This document shows, in pieces, positions 40,456 through 50,399 of a stretch of DNA of 64,000 nt. Origin of the DNA: an uncultured delta proteobacterium (GTDB lineage: Bacteria; Desulfobacterota; Desulfobaccia; Desulfobaccales; 0-14-0-80-60-11). The DNA is taken from contig CAWETI010000002.1 of the NCBI GenBank assembly GCA_963812015.1, positions 224,001 to 288,000 on the forward strand. Reading direction: 5' to 3'. The notes below the pieces were generated by a model, which did no database searches, was not told the origin of the DNA, and saw only the letters and a program-made list of their open reading frames with translations. Every line of letters begins with the position of its first letter. Within the stretch, counting starts at the first letter, position 1. Position numbers and translations under genes: made by a program.

Positions 40456-41193
40456 TCAGGTTAAGGGCACCAGCTCCACCCGGCCCCAGGCGCCCAGCTT
40501 CTCCCCCACGATGACGACTGCCCCGAAAATGCCCGGGAGGCCGGCGATCCATTCCAGGGCCGGGGCGATGGTATCGGGGCCCTGGACCCGGTTGCCCAGC
40601 GCGGTGGCCGCGGCATCGGCCAGGGCGGCGCTGGGGGCCAGGACACAGGCGGCGTCCGCCCGGCCGAGGCTTAGGGAATGCCCCACGGTGGCCGAAGAAG
40701 TGCATACCCCCAGGGGGCTATCGCTGGGGTCGAGTTTCAGCCCCACCCGGTGGCTCAAGGGGGATTTGCCGGCAAACAGGGCCACCGTGGCCGGCTGGGC
40801 AATGGCCAGAAAGATGTCCCCGCCGTTTTCCACGATGACTTCCGGGCTCAACGGGGCCAGATGCAGTCCCACCCGGGCCGCCAGGGCACCGGCCACTGCC
40901 GCCATGGGCCCCACTCCGGCGGCCGCGGCCGCGCCGATCATCTCCCGGACCACCAGGGGGGCAAACGGGTCCCCGGGCCAGGGGACCAGGGTGGTGAGAA
41001 AGCCGGGATGGCCCGCAATGTAGGCCTCCAACTGTTGCCGTTCCTGGATGACGAACTCCCGGACTTCCCGGGTGCAATCCCGGGCGGCCAGCACCCAGAG
41101 GTCGGTCTCCTTCACCGCCACGCGAAAACCCACCAGGCCCGGCCGGGCCATGCGGGTGCGATAGGTGCGGGGTTCGTAGGCTGGCGTGGTCAT
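40456..41193 (-). CDS. UPF0280 / ApbE-like family protein
   Basis: VKETDL, GPMAAVAG, VENGGDIF, CTSSATVGHSLSLG.AD, ADAAATALGN. Confidence 0.9.
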   Translation of the reverse strand: MTTPAYEPRTYRTRMARPGLVGFRVAVKETDLWVLAARDCTREVREFVIQERQQLEAYIAGHPGFLTTLVPWPGDPFAPLVVREMIGAAAAAGVGPMAAVAGALAARVGLHLAPLSPEVIVENGGDIFLAIAQPATVALFAGKSPLSHRVGLKLDPSDSPLGVCTSSATVGHSLSLGRADAACVLAPSAALADAAATALGNRVQGPDTIAPALEWIAGLPGIFGAVVIVGEKLGAWGRVELVPLT

Positions 41194-41449
41194 GCAGGCT
41201 ATCCCCTGGCTTTCATCTGGTTTTCAAGCTCCTGCTTGGGAACCCACTTGGATCAAAGCTCCGTTTTACTGCAAGTAGGTTAACTTATACCAGATTCTCT
41301 TAATTTGGGGTTTACTGTTGCAGCCGCAGGCTTCAGCCTGGGTAGGCACAGGCTTCCAGCCTGTGCCACCAAAAAAGTTGGGAGAAAAATATTCGATTGG
41401 CCGCAACTCGGTATGGGCACTTCCCTAAATGACCAACACCCCCAATTCC

Positions 41450-42334
41450 CTAACCCCTTAAGGCAATCACCCCCACGCCGGCGCACATCAATCCGGCGCC
41501 GATGAGTCGCGGCAAGAAGGGCCGCTCCTTGAGCCATAGCCCCCCCAGGAGGACGCTCAACAGAAGGCTCAGCCGTTTGACAGCCACCAGATAGGCGGCG
41601 GGCGCCAGTTCCATGCCCATCGCCAGGGTGAGGCTGCTCAAGGCAAAGCAAAAGCCCAGGATCAGCCACCAGCCCAGGTGGCCCTTAATCGCGGGCCTGA
41701 GCGGCACCCGGTTCCAGGGATACCTCGTCACCATGAGCCCAGTGAAAACCAGGGGATACATGGTCCCGAAAAAGGCCGGCGCAGAGTGCAAGATGGCTGA
41801 TTTGCACAGGGCGGCCGTCAGGGAGTAGATGGCCGCCACCAGCAACATCAGGCGGGCGCCGCGCTCTTGGCCCAGGGCCTTCAGCGGCGCCAGGATGCCG
41901 GTTTTAGTGTTACCATCGGCCCCCAGACCCAGGATGTAGCTCCCCAGGGCGATCATCACGGTACCCACCACCCCCCACCGGCTCAGGCGTTCGCCCAGCA
42001 CCAGCCAGCCGGTGAAGATGAGGAAAACCGGGGTAAAGGCCAGAAAGGGGACGCACAGGGAGAGATGGCAGACACGCAAGGCCTGCATATAAAGGAGCAT
42101 GGCGGCGGCCTCCAGGGGCAGCATGGCGGCCACGATAAACCAGAAAGGGGTCGTGAGCTGCGGCAGACTGAGACCGAGCATCACCAAGGCCAGAAACGGG
42201 ACCCCTGCCAGCAGCCGCACCAGGGCCATGCCATAGGGTGGCAGTTGGACGAAATACCGCTTGGTTACGACGTCGGCCCCGGAATCTCCCAGGGCCGCGC
42301 CCAGGCCTAAAGCCAACCAGGTCCCCATGCCCAT
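41450..42334 (-). CDS. DMT/EamA family transporter
   Basis: About ten hydrophobic segments in two repeats; PFLAFTPVF, LGE, VKRLS. Confidence 0.88.
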   Translation of the reverse strand: MGMGTWLALGLGAALGDSGADVVTKRYFVQLPPYGMALVRLLAGVPFLALVMLGLSLPQLTTPFWFIVAAMLPLEAAAMLLYMQALRVCHLSLCVPFLAFTPVFLIFTGWLVLGERLSRWGVVGTVMIALGSYILGLGADGNTKTGILAPLKALGQERGARLMLLVAAIYSLTAALCKSAILHSAPAFFGTMYPLVFTGLMVTRYPWNRVPLRPAIKGHLGWWLILGFCFALSSLTLAMGMELAPAAYLVAVKRLSLLLSVLLGGLWLKERPFLPRLIGAGLMCAGVGVIALRG

Positions 42335-42436
42335 ATCGCGGTTTTCCGGGGTAGTTTGAGGAAAGTGGGCTCAGGCCGGCAAGCCGTTCCCCAACCACCC
42401 ATCCTCTGCAGAAAGAAAGTTCAAGTAAGGGCCGGG

Positions 42437-43315
42437 TCACCCCGCCCCCACCTTCCCCGGCTCTCCCCTCAAGAGCGCCACCTGATTGCTGATTTCGACA
42501 AATTCCCCCAGGCTCAGGGTTTCGCCCCGGCGCTGGGGGTCGATGCCCAAGTGAGCCAGGAGGTCGCGCATCTTCTCAAGGGTCAGCCCCAGGGTTGCGG
42601 CCTGAGTCACCAGGGTGTTGTTCAAGGTCTTGCGGCGATGGCCAAACGCGGTTTTGACCACCTGGTGGAGCGTGGCTGCGTCGAGGGCCGCCGGGTCCGG
42701 CGTCTCCGGGAGCAACCGCATCACAGCCGAATCCACCTGGGGCGGAGGGAAAAAATTGCCCGGGGACAGGGAGAAAAGGCGGGTGATCCGAAAATAATAC
42801 TGGACCAGGACCGACAGAATCCCATAATCTTTGGTGCCCGGGGAGGCCGACAGCCGCGCCCCCACCTCCTGCTGCATCATGAGCACGGCCTGGGCCACGG
42901 CCGGGATGTCCCGAATCAAGGTGAACAGGAGGGGAGAGGTGATCTGGTAGGGTAGGTTCCCCACCACCGCCAGGGGCCGGCCCGCCTCCCGGGCGGCCCC
43001 GGGAAAGTCGAACTCCAGCACATCCTGGCAGATGACTTCCACCCCGGGGGTCTCGACAAAGAGCTCTTCCCGGAGAAACCGGGCCAATTCCGGGTCCCGT
43101 TCCAAGGCGATCACCCGGCGGGCGGCCGGCGCCAGGAACCCGGTGAGGGCCCCCAGACCCGCGCCGATCTCCACCACGGTGTCCTCGCCGGTAAGCTGCA
43201 AGGCCGCGACAATACGCCGGGCCTGGTGCGGATGGAGCAGGAAATGCTGCCCCCAGGTCTTCTTAGGCCTCAGGCCCAGACGGTTCAGGAGGGTTTTGGG
43301 AGAGTTGAAGGACAC
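42437..43315 (-). CDS. rsmA: 16S rRNA adenine dimethyltransferase
   Basis: KKTWGQHFL, VEIGAGLG, GNLPYQITS, FFPPPQVDS. Confidence 0.95.
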   Translation of the reverse strand: MSFNSPKTLLNRLGLRPKKTWGQHFLLHPHQARRIVAALQLTGEDTVVEIGAGLGALTGFLAPAARRVIALERDPELARFLREELFVETPGVEVICQDVLEFDFPGAAREAGRPLAVVGNLPYQITSPLLFTLIRDIPAVAQAVLMMQQEVGARLSASPGTKDYGILSVLVQYYFRITRLFSLSPGNFFPPPQVDSAVMRLLPETPDPAALDAATLHQVVKTAFGHRRKTLNNTLVTQAATLGLTLEKMRDLLAHLGIDPQRRGETLSLGEFVEISNQVALLRGEPGKVGAG

Positions 43316-43769
43316 TGAGAGCCTTTTCCGCTTTGCGCCGTTGATAGCGCTGGATGATCCACAGGGTCAAAAAATATGCCGCGATGGCCGGAGGAATGGC
43401 GATGATGACGCCCCCCACCTGCAAGGCCAACCCGCCCTGCCAGAGCACGTCGATCCACGCTTTAAAGCAGAAGGTTTCCGGAAACACCAAGGGCCGGCCG
43501 CGATACAACAGGAACTGCCCCAGCTTATAGGAGGCGATATAGATGGGCCCAATGGTCACAGGATTGCCGATCTGGACGCCGATAAACGCGGTAACCGGGG
43601 AGACCCGAAAGAGGGCGGCCAGGGACAGGGCGGCCGCCATATGGAAGGGGATGGTGGGAGTGATGCCGATGAACACCCCTATGGCCATGCCCCCGGCAAT
43701 TTTCCGGGGATCTTCCTGGAGACGGAGGAATTTCAGCCAGTGGAAGCGGAAGAAGCGTCGCAGGTCCAT
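43263..43769 (-). CDS. DUF2062 family membrane protein
   Basis: PRKIAGGMAIGVFIGITP...NPVT..PIY...Y.LG. Confidence 0.85.
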   Translation of the reverse strand: MDLRRFFRFHWLKFLRLQEDPRKIAGGMAIGVFIGITPTIPFHMAAALSLAALFRVSPVTAFIGVQIGNPVTIGPIYIASYKLGQFLLYRGRPLVFPETFCFKAWIDVLWQGGLALQVGGVIIAIPPAIAAYFLTLWIIQRYQRRKAEKALSVLQLSQNPPEPSGPEA

Positions 43770-43778
43770 AAGAAACGC

Positions 43779-45458
43779 TTAAGGGGACAATGCCTGGCCG
43801 GGGTCGGCCGCCGCCTCCCGGAGCAACCGGCGCAGCACCTTGCCCACCAGGCTCTTGGGCAACTCGGGGCGAAACTCGATGATCTTGGGCACCTTGTAGA
43901 CCGCCAGCAAGCGGCGGCAGTGGGCCTCGATGTCGGCCGCGGTAAGCGCTGCCCCATCCTGGGGCACAATCACCACTTTCACGGTTTCCCCCCGGTAAGC
44001 ATCGGGCACTCCCAGGGCCACGGCCTCTTTCACCCCGGGGTGCTGATAGAGCACCTCTTCCACCTCCCGGGGATAGATTTTGTAGCCCCCGGCAATGATC
44101 AGGTCCTTCTTGCGTTCCACGATGGTGAAATAGCCGTCCTCCGCCATACGGGCCAAATCTCCCGTATAGAGCCAGCCGTCCCGCAAGACCATGTCGGTCT
44201 CCTGGGGGTTGCGCCAGTATCCCTCCATGACCTGGGGGCCCTGGATGACCAGCTCTCCCACTTCACCGGGCGGCATCTCCCGGGTGCCGGTCTCCTGGTC
44301 CATCACCTTCGCCAGGGTGCTGGGCAGGGGCATACCCATGCAGCCTGCCGGCCTGGCGCCTTGGACGGGATTGAAATGGGTCACGGGGGCGGCTTCGGTC
44401 AGGCCATAGCCCTCCAGCATGGTGCAGCCGCTGAGGGCCTCGAAGCGGTCCCGCACTTCCTGGGGCAGGGGGGCCGACCCGCTGATGCAGGCCCACAGGG
44501 AGGACAGGTCGAGCTTGGGCAGGCGGGGGTGGTTGATCAGGGCCACAAAGAGGGTGGGGACCCCGGGCAACATGGTGGGCCGGTATTTCTCCATGGCCTT
44601 TAAAAAGCCGTTGATTTCAAACCGGGGCAGCACGATGATCATGGCCCCCTGGGACATGGGCCAGTTGAGACAGGCGGTGAGCCCGAAGGAGTGGGAAAAG
44701 GGGAGCAGGCCCATGACCCGTTCCTGGCCGTAACGCACCTGGGGGAGCCAGGCATTGATCTGGGCCACGTTGACCATGAGGTTGCCGTGCGTCAGCCTGG
44801 CCGCTTTGGGGGTGCCGGTCGTGCCGCCGGTATATTGCAGCACCGCCAAGTCCCGGGGTTCCGGCAGAGGCAGGATGGTCTGGGGGGGATGTTTCAGCAA
44901 CTTCCGCCAGGCGTGCCGTCCCGGCCCCGGCTCAAACCCCGTGGCCAGGCCGTCTCGCCGGGCTTTGACGGGATAGAGCCAGTTCAGGGGCCAGGGGAGA
45001 CTATCTGACAGACTGGTGATGATGATTTGGCTCAGGTCCACCTGACCCAGAATCTCGTCCAGCCGGGGCAGGAAATGGTCCAGGAGCACCAGGCGCTGGG
45101 CCCCGGAGTCGGCCAGTTGGTGAGCCAGTTCCTTGGCGCTGAGGAGGGGATTGAGCATCACCACCACCGCGCCCAGGCGCAGGGCGGCATGGTAGGCGAT
45201 CACCAGTTGGGGGCAATTGGGGAGGAAAATACCCAGGCGCTCCCCGGGGGCCAGACCCAGACTCTTCAGGGCGGCGGCCAGACTGGCGGTCTGGGTGTTT
45301 AGTTCGCCATAGGTGATGGTCCGGCCGAAAAAGACCAGGGCCGGGGCCCGGGGGGATTGTTCCGCGGCTTGCAGCAACAGCCAGGGCAAGGAGGTTGTGA
45401 CCGGCCCCACGGTGAGGGGCACTCCCTGGTCATAATGCTGGGCCCAGGGCAAGGTCAT
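43779..45458 (-). CDS. Long-chain-fatty-acid--CoA ligase
   Basis: YTGGTTGTPK, GYGLTEA, TGD, YPREVEE, PKSLVGK. Confidence 0.93.
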   Translation of the reverse strand: MTLPWAQHYDQGVPLTVGPVTTSLPWLLLQAAEQSPRAPALVFFGRTITYGELNTQTASLAAALKSLGLAPGERLGIFLPNCPQLVIAYHAALRLGAVVVMLNPLLSAKELAHQLADSGAQRLVLLDHFLPRLDEILGQVDLSQIIITSLSDSLPWPLNWLYPVKARRDGLATGFEPGPGRHAWRKLLKHPPQTILPLPEPRDLAVLQYTGGTTGTPKAARLTHGNLMVNVAQINAWLPQVRYGQERVMGLLPFSHSFGLTACLNWPMSQGAMIIVLPRFEINGFLKAMEKYRPTMLPGVPTLFVALINHPRLPKLDLSSLWACISGSAPLPQEVRDRFEALSGCTMLEGYGLTEAAPVTHFNPVQGARPAGCMGMPLPSTLAKVMDQETGTREMPPGEVGELVIQGPQVMEGYWRNPQETDMVLRDGWLYTGDLARMAEDGYFTIVERKKDLIIAGGYKIYPREVEEVLYQHPGVKEAVALGVPDAYRGETVKVVIVPQDGAALTAADIEAHCRRLLAVYKVPKIIEFRPELPKSLVGKVLRRLLREAAADPGQALSP

Positions 45459-45580
45459 CAGTTTACTCCTCTATCCGGCGGTTGAAAGACGGATTGCTGG
45501 TCATCCGGTAACGAAGTGTCAGAGCCTTCGCCTGGTTCGGAATGGCAGGCTGAAGAACGTGGCGGTTTTTCAACAGCCGG

Positions 45581-46084
45581 TTAATGCTGGTGGGAGCCTC
45601 CTTCCTGGCATTCTGAACATTCACAGGCATGATGCTCTTCGAGATCCTCAGGGGTGGCCTCCCGCACCTGGCGGATGGTAAAGGAAACTTCCAGGTTTTT
45701 GCCCGCCAGGGGATGGTTAAAGTCGATGAGCACCGATTCGGGCCGTACCTCTTGGACGATGAAATACACCGGCTGGCCGTCTTCGTTCTCGGTTTCGAAC
45801 ACCAGGCCCGGCCGCAACTCCACCTCCGGGCCAAAGTCGGAGCGAGGGACCTCCATGAGCAGTTCGTCGTCGAATTCGCCGTAGGCCTGTTCGGCGGAGA
45901 GGTTGATGACTTTATGGTCATCTTTTGCCATGCCCATCAGGGCTTCTTCCAGACCCGGAGGCATCGCCCCCCAGCCCATGCAGAAAGAGATTTCTTCCGG
46001 CGTGCCATCGGGGGGATAGGTTTCCTCCTCACCCAGGTTGATGAGGTAATCAATGGTGACAAATGAATCTTTCTCGATTTTCAT
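45581..46084 (-). CDS. slyD: FKBP-type peptidyl-prolyl isomerase
   Basis: GLEEAL, AYG, DFNHPLAGK, His/Cys-rich tail. Confidence 0.9.
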   Translation of the reverse strand: MKIEKDSFVTIDYLINLGEEETYPPDGTPEEISFCMGWGAMPPGLEEALMGMAKDDHKVINLSAEQAYGEFDDELLMEVPRSDFGPEVELRPGLVFETENEDGQPVYFIVQEVRPESVLIDFNHPLAGKNLEVSFTIRQVREATPEDLEEHHACECSECQEGGSHQH

Positions 46085-46229
46085 GGTGTTTTCCTCAGGC
46101 AGGAGGTACTCCGCCCCTGGGGTTTGGAAATAAATGGTCTTATCTGGGGAACCTCAACCGGCTAACCAGGGGCAGGCTGCCTGACCGGGATATGCGCTTG
46201 TAGCAGGGGCCGGCCCCGACTCCTCGCCT

Positions 46230-46862
46230 TTATGGTTTGGTGCCCATGATGATCCGGCCGGTATTGAGCAGATTGCACGGCACCGTGTTCTGAATGCTGA
46301 TGCCCACATCTTTCATGACCCGGATGACGTCCAGATCGGTGGTAAAGCCGACGCGGACAAAAACCGGCGCCATGACGTCCTCGACGCGGCCCCAGAGACT
46401 GCCGTTCTGGGAGCGGGTGTGATTAACCGCGATGATATGGCCGCCGGGCTTGACGACCCGGTGGATCTCCCGGCAGACCTTATGAGGGTCCTGGACGGTG
46501 GTGATCACGTACGCGGCCATGACGATGTCGAAATGATTATCGGGAAATTCCAGGCGGGAGGCGTCCATGACGTGCAAGTCGAAGCGACAGCCGCTGTTGA
46601 TGTTGGCGGCCTTTTCCCTGGCCCGTTCGATCATGGCCCGGGAAATATCGATTCCCACCAGCCGGGTTCTCGGGGGGTAAAAATCCAGGGTGGAGCCGGG
46701 ACCCACGCCGATCTCCAGGACCTTCTGGTTAGGCAGCCGGGGCACATACTTGAAGGCTTTGCGCCGGCCGGGGCCCAGGAGCTTGCCGAAAACATATTCG
46801 TAGAAAGGCGAATAAAACGAATATAATTGTTCCATGTAACGCGGATTTACCTTACATTTCAT
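46230..46862 (-). CDS. Class I SAM methyltransferase, PmtA-like (phospholipid N-methyltransferase)
   Basis: Y..YSPFYEYVFG..L.PGR, VLEIGVGPG, GIDIS..M, RVVKPGG...VNH. Confidence 0.75.
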   Translation of the reverse strand: MKCKVNPRYMEQLYSFYSPFYEYVFGKLLGPGRRKAFKYVPRLPNQKVLEIGVGPGSTLDFYPPRTRLVGIDISRAMIERAREKAANINSGCRFDLHVMDASRLEFPDNHFDIVMAAYVITTVQDPHKVCREIHRVVKPGGHIIAVNHTRSQNGSLWGRVEDVMAPVFVRVGFTTDLDVIRVMKDVGISIQNTVPCNLLNTGRIIMGTKP

Positions 46863-46990
46863 CAGGGAATCCTCATTTAGGGTATAAACTGAACTAGCCG
46901 GGCCGCGCAAAAACTACCGCCGGGGAATCTTCTCAAAATAGATAATTTTACCCCAGGGCCATTTAAAAAGTAAATCTAAAAATTTTCCCC

Positions 46991-47224
46991 TCAATCCCAG
47001 GGCCTTATTCTGGGCTTGATCAACTCTACCTCCCAGACATCCTGAGCCTGATTATATTGCAGAAGATAGGCGCAATCATCCACCCTCACCTTGAAGCAGA
47101 GGTACCCTGGCGCCATCCATCTTTCCATGATCTGGTGCACTTCCAGCCAGGTCTCCCCCCAGGTGAACCGGCGGGGCCGTTCATGGAGCCGATATCCGGA
47201 ATATGTCTCTACCCGGCAACGCAT
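46991..47224 (-). CDS. Small hypothetical protein
   Basis: MRCRVETYSGY...ERPRRF...W..P...FKVR...W; protein-like composition, family not identified. Confidence 0.7.
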   Translation of the reverse strand: MRCRVETYSGYRLHERPRRFTWGETWLEVHQIMERWMAPGYLCFKVRVDDCAYLLQYNQAQDVWEVELIKPRIRPWD

Positions 47225-47469
47225 CTGCGGTGGCTGATCCAAGCGCTACGGGAAAAAAACGGGCTTGGGCCTGCCCTTGACATCATAACCGAGATTGGCG
47301 CTTGATTGCAGGCCGGAAACCCGTTGCAATAGTAACACGAGTAATTTACAATGGCAATGAATCATTAGCGTAATTGTGTAGTTGGCTCCCACCCGGGGGC
47401 CGACCGCAATTGCCCATTTAAGAGGCGCCCGGGGAATATTCTCGGTGGCCGGCGGGAAGGTTACTCTAC

Positions 47470-48786
47470 ATGTCTTTTACGAAAATGATGGGATTAAGGC
47501 GGGTGGTGATCACCGGTGTGGGTATGGTTACTTCTATGGGGCTTGATGTGCCCACCGTGTGGAATCGTCTGCTGGCTGGAGAATCCGGGGTGGCCCGTCT
47601 CAGCCGCTTTGATCCCGAAATCATGGAGCGTTATCGCGTGCCGGATGATTTTCCCGTCATCGGCGGCGTCATCCCGGATTTTGATTTGAGACAGATCTTG
47701 CAGGCCCGCAAAGATGAAGTCACCAAGGAAGACTTAAAGCAGATCAAGTACACGGATCGCTTTACCCAGTTTGCCCTGGCCGCCAGTATGGAGGCGGTGC
47801 AGGACTCGGGTCTCAACCTGGAGGTGGAGGACCCGGAGCGGGCCGGGGTGATCATCGCCAGTGGCATGGGGGGCGTCGCCTCCTGGGAAGATGGGGTCAA
47901 GAAACTCCTGGCCGAAGGGGTGCGCCGGGTTTCTCCCTTCCTGGTGCCCAAGATGATTCCCAACCTGGCCGCCGGGAACGTCTCCATCCGGTTTAAAGCC
48001 AAAGGCCCCAATATCGCCCTGTCCACCGCCTGCGCCGCCGGGGCCCATGCCGTCGGCCTGGCCTACCGATCCATCCAAATGGGGGAAGCGGATCTCATGG
48101 CCGCCGGGGGCACCGAGGCCGCGGTGACCATTTTGACTTTGACGGCCTTTTACCGCATGGGGGCCCTGGCCGTGGGCTATAATGACCGCCCCGAGGCCGC
48201 CAGCCGTCCCTTTGATGTGAATCGCTGCGGTTTTGTCATGTCGGAAGGCTGCGGCATTATGGTGCTGGAGGAACTGGACCACGCCCTGGCCCGCAACGCC
48301 AATATCTATGCGGAAATCATCGGCTTTGGCATGAGCGGCGACGCCCACCACATCACCGATCCGGATAAAGAGGGCGCCAAGCGCTGCATCCAACTGGCCA
48401 TGAAGAACGGCGGCGTCACGCCCCAAGACATTGATTACGTCAACCCACATGCCACGGCCACCCCGGTGGGCGATCGTAATGAAACCCTGGCGTTGAAGGA
48501 AATCTTCGGCGATGGCGCCCCCAGCCTCCTGGTGAGCGGCACCAAGTCCATGACCGGCCATTTGCTGGGCGCCGCCGGCGCGGTGGAAGGCATTTTTTGT
48601 GCCCTGTCCATCCGGGACGGGAAGGTGCCGCCCACCATCAATCTGGACAACATCGACCCGGACTGCGCCGGCCTGGATATCGTCCAGGGCAAGGCCCGTT
48701 CGGCCGACATCCGCCATGTCCTGTCCAATTCCTTCGGATTCGGGGGCACCAACGCCGCCCTGGTATTCAAACGCTTTGAAGGCTGA
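47470..48786 (+). CDS. fabF: Beta-ketoacyl-ACP synthase II
   Basis: STACAAG, HATATPVGD, KSMTGHLLGAAG, SNSFGFGG. Confidence 0.93.
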   Translation: MSFTKMMGLRRVVITGVGMVTSMGLDVPTVWNRLLAGESGVARLSRFDPEIMERYRVPDDFPVIGGVIPDFDLRQILQARKDEVTKEDLKQIKYTDRFTQFALAASMEAVQDSGLNLEVEDPERAGVIIASGMGGVASWEDGVKKLLAEGVRRVSPFLVPKMIPNLAAGNVSIRFKAKGPNIALSTACAAGAHAVGLAYRSIQMGEADLMAAGGTEAAVTILTLTAFYRMGALAVGYNDRPEAASRPFDVNRCGFVMSEGCGIMVLEELDHALARNANIYAEIIGFGMSGDAHHITDPDKEGAKRCIQLAMKNGGVTPQDIDYVNPHATATPVGDRNETLALKEIFGDGAPSLLVSGTKSMTGHLLGAAGAVEGIFCALSIRDGKVPPTINLDNIDPDCAGLDIVQGKARSADIRHVLSNSFGFGGTNAALVFKRFEG

Positions 48787-48797
48787 GCACGAGCAGG

Positions 48798-48966
48798 CAG
48801 CGGTCAGGTTTCAGCAGTCAGCTTTGAGAGGCGGAAGCGAGGCATAAGGCCACGACAAGCCGTGCCCCGGCATAACAAATGTGGGGGCGCAGAGGATTGC
48901 GCCCTCTGATGACCCAATAGCCACTTTTTAAGAGCTGACCGCTAAAGCTGATAGCTAACTGCTGAT
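48798..48966. repeat. Inverted pair of ~7-nt GCTGA-type repeat tracts
   Basis: CAGCGGTCAGGTTTCAGCAGTCAGCT ... AGCTGACCGCTAAAGCTGATAGCTAACTGCTGA. Confidence 0.55.
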
Positions 48967-48969
48967 TGC

Positions 48970-50385
48970 ATGGCCACCACCCCTAAACCCATCCGCATCG
49001 CCATCGTCTTAAACGGGCAGGAATTCATCTGCCAGGCGGTCGTCCTGCCCTTCTCCCTGGAAGGTTACCCGCCGGTGGAGATCGTCTGGTACGGCGCCGG
49101 ACCCGAGGTCCCCACCGGCTTGCCGGTGCGCCTCCTGCCGGATTTGCATCCGGAAGAGTTTGATCTCATCCTGGACGGCCAGTTCCTGACCGCCGGCCTG
49201 GCCGATTTTTCGCCGGGCCGGCTGGACCACCTCGTGACCGGTCCCGCGGCCCGCTTCCTGAATGGGCTGGTCTGCCAGCTCCAGGAGATGCGCCACAAGC
49301 AGGAAATCAACTCCGGCGTCATCGACAGCGCCACCGATGCCCTCATTACCATTAATGAAGACCACGTGATGGTCGGTTACAACCGCGGGGCGGAGCAGAT
49401 GTTCGGTTACACCCGGCAGGAAGCCCTGGGCCAGGACCTGAAACTCATCATTCCGCCGCCTTACACAGAAGCCCATGGGACCTACCTACGGCGCTACCTG
49501 GCCACCCGGGAAGCCCATGTCCTCGGCCGGCAGCGGCGCCTCACCGCCCGGCGCCGGGACGGAACGGCATTCCCCCTGAGCATCTCCTTTTCCGTGGCCG
49601 AGATCCAGGGCAACCTGTTTTTTACCGCCATCATGCGGGATATTACCGAATATACCGCCATGGAAGACCGGGTGCTCCAGTCCGAACGCCTGGCCGCGGT
49701 GGGCAATACCGTGACCCATATTGCCCATGAAATCAAAAACCCCCTCCTCATCATCGGGGGGTTTGCCCGGCAGCTGATCAAGGCCCCGGGGTTTGACGAC
49801 CAGGCCCGCCATAAGCTGTCCCTCATGGCCGAAGAGGTAAGTCACCTGGAGGAGATGGTGGCGGATATGCGGGATTTTGTCCGCCGCCCCCCGGCCCAGA
49901 AACGCCAGGGGCAGATCGCCCCGGTGATTGAAGTAGCCCTGGAGCTGTTCCAGGACACCTTTCGGGAGCATAATATCCAGGTGCGCCGAGTGGAGGAATC
50001 CCCCCTGCCCCCCGTGAGCTTCGACCCCCAGCAGGTGCACCAGGTGCTCATCAATTTATTGAAAAACGCCCTGGAGGCCATGCCCCGGGGCGGGAAGCTT
50101 ACCGTCACCAGCCGGGTTAAGGGGGCCAAGGTGGAGATCAGCGTCGCCGATACCGGGGAGGGCATGTCTCCCGAGGTGGCGGGCAATATTTTTCAGCCCT
50201 ATTACACCACCAAGGCCAAGGGGACCGGCCTGGGGCTGGCCATCTGCCAGAATATCGTCCAGGAGCACGGCGGCTGCATTTTTGCCGACAGCGCTCCGGG
50301 CCGGGGGGCCACCTTCACCATCCAACTGCCCCTGGAGCCCTCCTCTCCGGTGGCGGGGGACAATCTCCCCCCAACTAAAGCCTGA
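48970..50385 (+). CDS. Cytoplasmic PAS histidine kinase (NtrB/FixL-like), copy 1
   Basis: ~110-aa N-terminal domain, PAS, IAHEIKNPL, NLLKNA, DTGEG, GTGLGL. Confidence 0.93.
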   Translation: MATTPKPIRIAIVLNGQEFICQAVVLPFSLEGYPPVEIVWYGAGPEVPTGLPVRLLPDLHPEEFDLILDGQFLTAGLADFSPGRLDHLVTGPAARFLNGLVCQLQEMRHKQEINSGVIDSATDALITINEDHVMVGYNRGAEQMFGYTRQEALGQDLKLIIPPPYTEAHGTYLRRYLATREAHVLGRQRRLTARRRDGTAFPLSISFSVAEIQGNLFFTAIMRDITEYTAMEDRVLQSERLAAVGNTVTHIAHEIKNPLLIIGGFARQLIKAPGFDDQARHKLSLMAEEVSHLEEMVADMRDFVRRPPAQKRQGQIAPVIEVALELFQDTFREHNIQVRRVEESPLPPVSFDPQQVHQVLINLLKNALEAMPRGGKLTVTSRVKGAKVEISVADTGEGMSPEVAGNIFQPYYTTKAKGTGLGLAICQNIVQEHGGCIFADSAPGRGATFTIQLPLEPSSPVAGDNLPPTKA

Positions 50386-50399
50386 GCGGATTTATTGAG

